DNA from: Azolla caroliniana
Taxonomy: Eukaryota > Plantae > Polypodiophyta
Direction: 5' to 3'
Assembly: GCA_043228905.1 (NCBI GenBank)
Contig: JBHGNT010000014.1
Span: 13,950,001 to 14,014,000 of the forward strand
Length of the DNA stretch: 64,000 nt
Part shown: positions 48,748 through 58,839 of the stretch, piece by piece
How positions within the stretch are numbered: the stretch's first letter is position 1
Layout of the letters: each line of letters opens with the position of its first letter
Made by a program: the position numbers and the translations under genes
Notes under the pieces: model-generated
The model's database searches: none
What the model was told of the DNA's origin: nothing
Seen by the model: the letters and a program-made list of their open reading frames with translations, nothing else

Positions 48748-51700
48748 TGTCGTGAAGATTTTTGTCCATAGGCGGAAACCGGGGTGGAAAGGGCAAGTCG
48801 GTGGTGTGCAACATGTGCACACATATACTAGGAAATGGTGTATAGAAATAAGAGGGGAAATTTTTATCCCACATTGTAAGGTCCCTCCCTCCTTGGGCTA
48901 TAAAAGGAAGGGAGGGGTCACTTATGAAGGGTTGCCTATTTTGAGGGAGAGAGGCATACCACTTAGGTCGAGGGTTTCCTATTCGGTTTTAGGGTTTTGG
49001 TTAGGGTTTTTCTTCTTGGGTTTTCCTTTAGGGTTTTTCTCATAGTCGTTTGGTGCGGCCATGGCGGCCACCATTGTAAAGAGTTTATGTTTCCTTAAGC
49101 TAACTTGTTGAGCATCTTGGCCCGTCTATTCTATGTTATTGTCTTATTCTTTCTCACCTCCTCTTGAGCTAAGCTTCCATTTTGTGTCTTATTCTTTCTC
49201 CTCCACTCCCTAGTCCAAGACCCCCGTGGTCCCGCCCCTTCCACACACACGCGCGTAACAACGCGACATATTTGGTGAACCCGACGTGAAGGGCGGCAAG
49301 GGAGCATGGAGATAGAAGAAGACTTCAACTTCGAGGAGATGATGGCAGAGATCATGATGGAAGCCGGATGGAAGATGGCGAAGCGAGATGCGGCTCAACA
49401 AGTCGTCGAAAGGGTGGTCGATCGAGTCGGCCGGTTCAATGGTAATGAGGTCCTAAAAATTGTGGAACCCTACAAGGCCGAGATGGCGAAAGGGGGCATG
49501 GACGAGACGATGCGGCTAGAGTATTTATCTCGAGTGGCAGTCGTATCGGTGCACAAGGAGGTCAAGGAGCTACGGGAAGCTCATGAGTTGTGGGTGTCCT
49601 TTGAGGGAGCCCTATTGGAGGCGTATGGGTACACGGAACCGGAAGGAAGAGGTCGACATGAGTTCGATCGGTGGGTGGCGTCGGCGAGGCGTCATCGGAG
49701 CGTGATGGAGGCATTCCGAGAGTTCGAGCTTCGTTTCTCTCAACTCTCGGAGCGAGATTGGAGATCAGTGGGGGCGGACAAAGTCCTCTTTTTTTTTTGA
49801 AGATCCATCAAGAGGAGAGGATGGACATCTTATTCGAGCTTCAAGATGATTATGGAGCACATGGTCTCACCGAGGAGTGGTCTGAGGTGGAATGGGTGTG
49901 CCGACAACATGATGCGAGGCGGTCGGCCACAACACGGCCCGCAAGCGGCGGAGAAGAGAGAGCGGTGAGTGAGTATGCACTACCGCCGGAAGAGAGCTCA
50001 ACGCAAAACGGTTCGGAGGAGCTCGACCTAGAGGTGCTAATACGGGAGGCATGCGAGCTTGTGAAGGTGAAAATCGGAGCCGAAGAAGGGCTTGTTATGG
50101 AGTCGGGCCGGAGGTGATCGGAGGATGTGGAGGAAGAAGCCTCCCTAAACATAGAAGACGGCTATACAGAGGCCGGGAGAGCGTACGACGGCGACATAGG
50201 AGAGGGTGCGGAGCAAGCGACCCTCTTGCCTTGTGGTGAAGGGACGACCATGGAGGCCGGTAACTACGGATTCGGGACATGGTGGCCCGAAACATCGAGT
50301 GGGGAGGAGACAAGCGGCGGTGCCGCGACCTTACACACACCAGTCCTAGAGGCTCCGGCGGTCAGCCCGAGTGCCGACGTGAGTCCTAGAGTGACGGGCG
50401 GTGGCGGCGGCAAGGCGGGCAACCGAGATGACGACATGGAAGAGACGTCAGGGTAGCCGTAGATAACGACGTCCGGACGGAGGTGGCTACGGAGACAACG
50501 AGCGGCGGTGCCGCGGCCTTACACACACCGGCCCTAGAGGCTCCGACGGTCGGCTCGAGTGCTGGCGTGAGACCTAGAGTGACGGGCGGTGGCGGTGGCA
50601 AGGCGGGCAACCGAGACGAGGACGAGGACGAGGAGGTAGCAAACATAACCGAGGCTTGCGTAACCGGGGACGAGATAGCCACGGACCACGACATCCGAAC
50701 GAAGGTGGCTACAAACATGACATCGGCAAGTGATGGTACCGAGACTTTTCCCACACCTATTCTAGAGACTTCGGCGGTCCGAGAGATGGAAGGTGGCGGC
50801 GGCAAAGCGGACGATCGAAACGACGACAAGGAAGGTCATAGCAGACGGAGGAGAGACCCCTCGACACCGAGATCGGAGACTACAGTGGTTCTGCTCGAAT
50901 GCCAACATAAGACCGGAGAGAAGGGCCGTGGCCATGAGGAGGCGTGGCCCGGAGCGAACACGTATGAAGATGAGGATGCGAGGCCCAAAACGGGCATATA
51001 AAAGAGGACCGACGGAGAGGTCAGGAGCGGCAAAGAGGAGAGAGTCAGGAACCGACCCGACCGGAAGATGAACCGGTTGATAATCCGACACGACCGAAAG
51101 ACGACGCGGAAGAAGATTGGAGTGGGGTCCGGTCAACCGGGCCCGAACCGAAGAAGAGCCGGCAAGGCTGGATTTGTTTGGAAAAACATGTACCGGCCGG
51201 TTACGATTATGGAAGGGAACCGACCAAACCGGAACTCGATCGGCCGAGACCGATCCGGGCGAAGGCTAAGTCTGCATGATTGGAGGTCGAGGAGAAAGAG
51301 CCACAACACCCGGTGGGAGCCGGTGAGCGCGAGAAGGAGGCCAAGAATGCACGAGGAGTACGACTCGGTGGGAGGCCAAGAGCGAGAGGAGCCCTCCACA
51401 TCTATCCTTGAGACTTTGGCGGTTGCGGATCGACGTAAGACCAAAGAGACGGCGGGTGGTGCCGACGAGTCGGAAGCCGGAGTGGACGAGGATACTAGAA
51501 CGGGTATCCGATACGGGATGACAGACGAGCGGGTCCAAGAAGATAAGCCGGGGTTGGAAGGGGCTACGGCAACGAAGGGAGAAGCGTGTAACAGGAAGCA
51601 TGCATTACGACGTAGAACGAAGCGTGCACTACGGCCGGCATAGGGCCAATAAGCAAGCATGCACCCGGAAGAGCAGCAACGAGTGACCGGCAACGGCGGA

Positions 51701-53061
51701 CCAGTCGAGCCTTTAAGAGGCAAGCACGTGGCAAGAGACGGAGCGGTGAGTTGCCGGGATCGGCGAATGAACAACGAGAGCGGAGGATGGTGCGTGGAGA
51801 GCAAAGAACTACACACCGGGAAGAGAAAACGCGGCGGCTTCCCAGAGGGCATGCAAGGTCAAGCGGGCCAAGAGGGCGGAAGTCGAGGCGAGGCAGTAAC
51901 AGGAGCCTCGAGGGACACCGACGCGGAGGTTGGGATGACGGTATGCTCTACGGAGAGAGAGCATGGCGGGCAAAAGAGAAGCAAGGAACGCGAAATGGGG
52001 TCGCCTAAGGGCCAAAGAATGAGCGCGTATTCGGAGGACAACGACGACACACGGAAAGAGCCTACGGGAGGCGAGCGCAGAACGAAGGGAGTTGGTACGA
52101 GGTGTTCGGGGCGAGGAGAAGGTCGAGCCAGAGGTGGAACACATGCGATACGCGAGGAGCGGCACCCCGCGAGCAATCGAGTAATCGGGGTCTAACCGGA
52201 GGACATGTGAGGTGAGCGAAGGAAGGGAGACCGGAACGACAATAGTGTTCGGGATGGCCGGTCGAAGAAGAAGGCGCGTGCGCCGGACATGGCGGATTGG
52301 ATGGAGTCGGTGTTTCGGGTACACGCGACGGACGTGGTGGATCGGATGGAGTCGACGGTTTGAGAGCATACAATGGATATGGCGGACCGGGAGGATACGG
52401 TGGTCCATGTGGGACGGATGGGCTTGCTCGAAGTGGAAGACGAAGTTGGGCAAAGCTAACAAAGACGCTAAGGACTTGGTTGATCGCCATGACTGAAAAT
52501 CTCACCTCTTTCCCCTTCTTGGCACATACCGATGGATGTGCGGTTTGGTGGGGGCGGATGTCGTGAAGATTTTCGTCCATAGGCGGAAACCGGGGTGGAA
52601 AGGGCAAGTCGGTGGTGTGCAACATGTGCACACGTATACTAGGAAATGGTGTATAGAAATAAGAGGGGAAATTTTATCCCACATTGTAAGGTCCCTCCCT
52701 CCTTCGGCTATAAAAGGAAGGGAGGGGTCACTTATGAAGGGTTGCCTATTTTGAAGGGGAGAGGCATACCACTTAGGTCAAGGGTTTCCTATTCGGTTTT
52801 AGGGTTTTGGTTAGGGTTTTTCTTCTTGGGTTTTCCTTTAGGGTTTTTCTCATAGTCGTTTGGTGCGGCCATGGCGGCCACCATTGTAAAGTGTTTATGT
52901 TCCTTAAGCTAACTTGTTGAGTATCTTGGCCCGTCTATTCTATGTTATTGTCTTATTCTTTCTCACCTCCTCTTGAGCTAAGCTTCCATTTTGTGTCTTA
53001 TTCTTTCTCCTCCACTCCCTAGTCCAAGACCCCCATGGTCCTGCCCCTTCCACACGCACGT
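48748..53061 (+). mobile_element. Element G: non-autonomous tRNA-Trp-primed LTR element (gag-like region plus low-complexity region, no pol)
   Basis: LTRs 48748-49268 and 52559-53061 (interrupted by H near its end); PBS 49273-49289; PPT ggtgggggcgga; left flank ACGG; internal ~185-bp duplication 50308-50620. Confidence 0.9.
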
Positions 53062-54936
53062 TGTTGTGAAGAAAACCGTCCACAAGCGGAATCGGTGCAC
53101 AGGAGCGTAGGAACCGGCTCTTCTCGAATGTTGTCCATAGAAGATCCTAGGCGGGTAGATTTAGTGGGTAGGAAGTAAAGGGGAAACGGCTCCTTCCTTG
53201 CCTATAAAAAGGAGGGAGACGAGAACAGAAAGGGGATCGCGGAGAGTCGAGGACGAAGTGCTGTCGGTTTGCGTGCGAAGGCTTCTCTCTCTCTCTCTCT
53301 CTCTTTGGTTCGCAAACTCCATAGCTCCCTTCTGTGCAGGTTTCGAGAGGCTCGTGCTGCTCTGAGGAATGCCCGAGTACTTCCGGCAGCACCTCCAACC
53401 TGCTCCTGTCTTTCTGTGCGTTTACGAACAGGCATCGGCATCTGTTCGCCGGCCTGTTCGGTTGTAACCGACTTCGTGTTTTTGTTGCTCCCGTGTTCTT
53501 GTTGTTGTCTTTATTAATACATACATACATTCGTGTCTCTCTGAGTCGCTGTCCCACTCACGTCTTTGTGTCGAAGGGCCGTGTCCCTGTGAATCTACGC
53601 TCGCACGTAGTGGGTCTCTTGTCTTTTCTCTCTTGCTCTTCGGTACAGGACCCCTGAGGTCCCGCCTCATTCCACGCATCCGCGAGGAATACCTCGACAT
53701 CTTGGTGAACCCGACGTGAAGGAGGCGGCAGAAGAGCAGAAGATGAAAGGGTCGGATCTTGCGAAGGCCATGGCTTCGGCCGTGGATCAGATATTGAGTG
53801 CACGCGAGGGCACCCGCGCCCTCGACAGAGCCATTGAGGCGGTCGTCGGTACGATCGGCCGGTTCAGCGGAAAGGATGCCACGAAGTATTTGGCGTCCTA
53901 CGGGGCAGAAATGCTGATGCGGGATATTCCGGAAGAGAGGCGCCTTGCCGGGTTTCCTCGAGTGGCGATGCCGAGCATCCATGCGGAGGTGCTCGAGGTG
54001 CGGGCGGAGAGCCGTACCTGGGAGGAGTTCGAAGGCCGACTCCTGGAAAAATACGGGTTGGACGACGCGCTCCGGCTTTCGAAACGAGACTTCATGGAAT
54101 GGGTGGAGTCCCCTGGCAAGGGAAGAAACGCGTCGGCACTCCTCCGGGAGTTCGAAGAACGCTTTGCGCGCCTTTCGGCGCTTGACCGAACCGTTTTGGA
54201 TACGAGCCGGGTCCTACTGTTCGTCAAGTCGGTGGACGAGCGGGACCGGGATCAAGTCGGCTCCTTGCTGGAAACCGAAGACGGGCTGACAACCGATTGG
54301 GCTGCGGTTAAGAGAGTCTGTGGCCCTTTCGACAAACGGCGAGAATGGGCTGATAACGGGGCGGCCGGTGCGGGGTCTGTCACAGCAAGGTGGCTTGAAC
54401 CGGCACCGCTAGGGCGAAGGGAAGAAACCCGGGAATGGCTCGAAACCGGCCCGGCTTCGACCGGCATGGTCAGTGGCTCGTCCGGAGGAGCAGCCCTGGA
54501 GGAGTTGACGCGGGCGATAAAGGATCTCCAGATCGCCCATACTCGAAGGGAAGGCGGCGAACCGGCTCGTGACCGACGGCCGGCAGTAGGGAATAGGTGC
54601 ATTTGGTGCGACGAGGTCGGCCACATCCGGAAGGACTGCGGCGATTTCGCAGAAGCGTTGAGGAACCGGGTGGTGTACCTGTGGGAAGGCCGGGTGCACG
54701 CCGGCGACACCAGGAGGGCCCTGAACCGAAACGACGGACGAGGAGGTATGAAGAGACTGATGGAAGAGGCAACGGCCTGACACGTGGAGGCCATCCACTA
54801 CTCGGCGTCGGCCGACATTCGGGTCGGGGGCAGCGAGGCCCGAAAGGAGGGCAAAGACGGATTCTGGTCGGCAATGCTGGAAGGTCTTGCCGGCACACTG
54901 CTAAGGAAAGACGAAACGGACCGTGCTGAGAGACGG
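53062..54936 (+). mobile_element. Element H: F-family copy (5' LTR plus gag), interrupted by I
   Basis: LTR 53062-53699 highly similar to the F LTR; tRNA-Trp PBS 53703-53719; left flank ACGT. Confidence 0.92.
53743..54780 (+). CDS. Element H Gag (capsid plus CCHC), ending at a premature TGA
   Basis: Continuous ORF; CIWCDEVGHIRKDC; CGA>TGA relative to F. Confidence 0.8.
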   Translation: MKGSDLAKAMASAVDQILSAREGTRALDRAIEAVVGTIGRFSGKDATKYLASYGAEMLMRDIPEERRLAGFPRVAMPSIHAEVLEVRAESRTWEEFEGRLLEKYGLDDALRLSKRDFMEWVESPGKGRNASALLREFEERFARLSALDRTVLDTSRVLLFVKSVDERDRDQVGSLLETEDGLTTDWAAVKRVCGPFDKRREWADNGAAGAGSVTARWLEPAPLGRREETREWLETGPASTGMVSGSSGGAALEELTRAIKDLQIAHTRREGGEPARDRRPAVGNRCIWCDEVGHIRKDCGDFAEALRNRVVYLWEGRVHAGDTRRALNRNDGRGGMKRLMEEATA

Positions 54937-55167
54937 TGTCGCGAAAATATGACGAGGATACGCGAACTTGAGGCAGGACCCCGGTGTCTCCGACCGAAGG
55001 ATAATCACATGTGTGCGTTTATATTTTTAACAAATAACGGAAAGAAGAAATTTAATAATTTTCATTAACAAAGGAAAAAGAAATTACAATATGTCCCAAG
55101 ATTGGGATTTAGAAGTTTTAGGTTTACTAAGATTAATAGAAAAGAAAAAAATTAGGGGTTTTGAGAG

Positions 55168-55340
55168 ATATGGCTTCCGTAGGGAAGATTAGGATTAGGT
55201 TATACGAGTATTATGGCTTCCGTAGGGAAGATTAGGGTTTTGGAGTGTTATGGCTTCCGTAGGGAATTTTAGAGTTTTTTTTTGAGTGTTATCGCTTCCG
55301 TAGGGAATTTTGGAATTATGAGAGTTATGGCTTCCCTAAG
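55168..55340. repeat. Array of ~40-bp units with the palindromic core CTTCC-GTAG-GGAA in the I LTR
   Basis: tatggcttccgtagggaa about five times; repeated at 58217-58314. Confidence 0.9.
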
Positions 55341-55647
55341 ATAAGGGAGTTGAGAAGAACAAGAAAAATTAAGATAATATGGAGAGTCTCCTATTGTAGG
55401 AAAAAAAATGGAATAAAAATGGAGTTCTCCCTTGATCATAACTTTTTCACTTTTTGTTGCATGGCCTCTACTTTTAGTTGCCTAGCTTTTTCTTTTGGTT
55501 GCATGTGACTGTCCACATGACCTTTACTTTTTCCATGCACTCCCTTCTTTAGTTGCTTGCGTCCACATGGCCTTTACTTTAGTTCTCTTCACTTTACTTT
55601 AGTTTGTTGCATGATCCAATCTTTCATCCGTCCGCGTCCAACATCGT

Positions 55648-56080
55648 CCGGTAGCCGGTTCCATTTTGCTTGCCGGTCGGTTCCGGTTCCGATTTTGCTT
55701 GCTGACCGGTTCCGGTTTGCTTGCCGGTTCCGGTTCCGGTTTGCTTGCCGGTTTCGGTTTCCGGTTTTTACTTGCTGGCCGGTTCCGGTTTTGCTTGCCG
55801 GCCGGTTCCGGTTTGCTTGCCGGTTCCGATTCCGGTTTTGCTTGCCGGCCGGTTCCGGTTTGCTTGCCGGTTCCGGTTCCGGTTTGCTTGCCGATTTCGG
55901 TTCTGGGTTTGGTTACCGGCCGGTTTCCGGTTTTGCTTGCCGGCCAGTTTCCGGTTTGCATACCCATCCCGGTTCCGGTTTTGCTTATCGGCCCGTTTCC
56001 GGATTAGCTTACCGGACCCGTTCTCCGGATTTGCTTACCGGACCCATTTTCCGGATTTGCTTACTGGCCGATTTCCAGTT
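55648..56080. repeat. CCGG-rich minisatellite (ttgcttgccggttccggtt)n in the I LTR
   Basis: Roughly 20 degenerate 17-23-bp units. Confidence 0.92.
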
Positions 56081-56511
56081 TTAAGGAATTTGGCCACCAT
56101 CATCCATCAAGACAAAGTGGCCAAAGTGCTCTTAGCACAAATGAAAAATGAGGGAGCTCAAGGTGCTTATATAGCCAAGGCCTTAAGTTTCCTATCTATG
56201 TAGGATAGTTCTAATTTTCCTATATTCTCAAACTTCATTTTCACATAACTTGATATGTATTTCTCCATTTTGTATATAGTAAAATACGTTTTGAAGCTCT
56301 GGAGTATATCCATCTTTCTATAGTAAGATACTAATCTAATATATAATAATTATTTCATTATTTTTTTACATAGTGTGTGAAGATTCACACGACATTCGCC
56401 CCCACCAAACTTGCACATCCACCGGTATGTGCCAATTGTGTTATTGAGTTGTATCCTCCTAGTTGAAATCTTTAATCCTTGTCGTAATATTTTCTTTCCT
56501 TCATAAGCTAA

Positions 56512-57939
56512 CTATCTATGATAGAGATTGACCTTGAACCAACTCGTTGGTTCCTTATCTTTCTTCTTCCAATGCCACCATGACCATTCTTTCCACCATA
56601 ACCATGGAGACCATCCAAACCACCAAATCCTTTGTTTGAGCTTTGCATTGCCATATTTGGTTTTCATGTCCTCTTCTGCCTTCCCGAAGCATAACCCTTC
56701 ATGCGTCATGCAAGTGCTACCTTTATTTCGACCATCGCCATGATTAACGCAATTTAGTCTTCCTTCTTTCATCAATCTAGGTTTGTCTTCATTAGACCTC
56801 ACTTGAACATTGACTTTGACTACTCCTTGTAGCCCATGCTTCAAGTCCACGCTCACTTTCAATATCTGGGATGACCACATTTCATGTTTCCCACATCCAC
56901 CTTTTTCATGGTATGCTCTCGTGTGACAGTTGACCATCGTTTGTTTGATCTTCACACTAGAATCCCCTTTTGAGTCAGAGCATGGGATCATATCTTGCGG
57001 AATACCCTTAGACTTCACTTGGCTCGCTTGGCCATTGTCATGCACCATTGTGCTTTGTTTGACCTCTTCATCGTATATATCAACATTGACCTTCAGTTCC
57101 TCGTTACCACCTTCCATCTCTTGGGTCTTTATTTGGTTCGGGTATGTCTCTTCGGTTATGGCCCTTTCTCCACCGACCGATATGTTCCCGTTTACCATTG
57201 CCCAAATATCTTGAAATAATGGGGAAGAAGTCTCGGCACACTTGCCATCCTCCTTCATTGTGTTGTCCTTAGCCACCTCCATCTCTAATTCGTTATTTGT
57301 GGCCATCTCTTCAAATTCATCGGCCTCGTACCCATTGACCTTCTCAATCGAGCAATCCTCGATTATTCTTCCCTCTTCTTTGCATGTGTTAGTTTTGGCC
57401 TTCACTTCTTCGCTCATCATTTGCTTCAGTTTTTGCTCCTTTTGAAGTTTCTCTTCAGCCTCAACTTGCGCCTTTAAGTTCTCGAATGCCTCTTCCATCA
57501 AGACTTCTATGTCGAGTATTGTTGAACCTTCCCTCTTCGAGTTTTCTTCTTTAGGTGGTAGTTTGTAGTTGCTTCCTGTCCTCTTTTCACCATCCCTAGT
57601 ACGTTGTGTTGTCACCGATGAGAATCTTGCCTTCCTCTCATCGTGAAGTCGACATACTCTTTCCACTTTCGTCCAATCTTCTGTGAGGCCATTTGCACCA
57701 TCGTCATCTTCAAGTCGGATTCCAATGGCATTCCTTTCCTTCCGGTCTATCGATTTCACAAACATTAGGACTTTTTCCAGCCCCACCAATCTTTGATCCC
57801 GCTCCGAGAGTTGTGCAAAGCGACACTCGAACTCAACGAAAGCATGCATGGCACTTTGGTGGGTCTTTAATGATGATAACCATTGATCGAACTCGTATAG
57901 TTTGCATCTCTTCGGCTCTTTGTATCTATATGCCTCCAT
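56512..57939 (-). CDS. Element I truncated-Gag-derived protein with charged linker and Trp-rich tail, 475 aa
   Basis: FECRFAQLSERDQ..LMFVKSID..GLTEDWTKVERVC is homologous to F/H Gag; no CCHC; ends WWFGWSPWLWWKEWSWWHWKKK. Confidence 0.75.
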   Translation of the reverse strand: MEAYRYKEPKRCKLYEFDQWLSSLKTHQSAMHAFVEFECRFAQLSERDQRLVGLEKVLMFVKSIDRKERNAIGIRLEDDDGANGLTEDWTKVERVCRLHDERKARFSSVTTQRTRDGEKRTGSNYKLPPKEENSKREGSTILDIEVLMEEAFENLKAQVEAEEKLQKEQKLKQMMSEEVKAKTNTCKEEGRIIEDCSIEKVNGYEADEFEEMATNNELEMEVAKDNTMKEDGKCAETSSPLFQDIWAMVNGNISVGGERAITEETYPNQIKTQEMEGGNEELKVNVDIYDEEVKQSTMVHDNGQASQVKSKGIPQDMIPCSDSKGDSSVKIKQTMVNCHTRAYHEKGGCGKHEMWSSQILKVSVDLKHGLQGVVKVNVQVRSNEDKPRLMKEGRLNCVNHGDGRNKGSTCMTHEGLCFGKAEEDMKTKYGNAKLKQRIWWFGWSPWLWWKEWSWWHWKKKDKEPTSWFKVNLYHR

Positions 57940-58839
57940 GAGATATCCTCCTACCGCCTCGTTTCACGTCGGGTTCACCAAAGATGTCGTGAAAATACGA
58001 CGAGGATACGCGAACTTGAGGCAGGACCCCGGGGTCTCCGACCGAAGGATAATCACATGTGTGCGTTTATATTTTTAACAAATAACGGAAAGAAGAAATT
58101 TAATAATTTTCATTAACAAAGGAAAAAGAAATTACAATATGTCCCAAGATTGGGATTTAGAAGTTTTAGGTTTACTAAGATTAATAGAAAAGAAAAAAAT
58201 TAGGGGTTTTGAGAGATATGGCTTCCGTAGGGAAGATTAGGATTAGGTTATACGAGTATTATGGCTTCCGTAGGGAAGATTAGGGTTTTGGAGTGTTATG
58301 GCTTCCGTAGGGAATTTTAGAGTTTTTTTTTGAGTGTTTGTTAATCGGCTAATTACTAACTACTACCGATACAGAAGAGTGAACGTCGCTACTCAACGTT
58401 CTAACAAGGAATTGTGTTTTACGAACGGAATTATGCTATATTAATCGGTAATTACCGTGATCGTTACTTAGTTATAAATTAGGAAACTTGCACTTAAGAT
58501 CATAGACAATAGAAGAAACACAGAATCCATACAAGATATTCCTAACTTAAACTTATATTACTAAATAAAACGACCTTTCTTACAATGCCTTCGGTTCCCT
58601 TTTATAGGTATACCGAAGGTCTTTTCTCATCAAGAACTATTCCTACTTACTATCAAGATTTACAAAATTATCTAACTAACTTAATTCTCTTCGTTTACTG
58701 CTGAGTCATTGATCCGAACAGTCGATCCGAACCGACTCTGTTTTCGACGCTTTCCCACTTGTTCGGTAAAACTGACTGTCCGGGTCCGGGTAACACTTGG
58801 CACGTCCGTGGGCCAGGACCTTGTCCAGCGAACCCACGC

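Larger units (their letters stand above)
54937..58338 (-). mobile_element. Element I: non-autonomous tRNA-Trp-primed LTR element with a 1.46-kb repeat-rich LTR
   Basis: 3' LTR 54937-56394; 5' LTR 57985-58338 (interrupted by J); PBS 57964-57980; PPT tttggtgggggcgaa; left flank ACGG. Confidence 0.9.

Noticed and set aside
55168-55340. CRISPR-like palindromic repeats with spacers
   Set aside because: Lies inside a eukaryotic LTR and is copied in the other LTR; the spacers resemble each other; no cas genes.
55557-56203. Repetitive ORFs on both strands
   Set aside because: Products of the stop-free CCGG minisatellite in an LTR.
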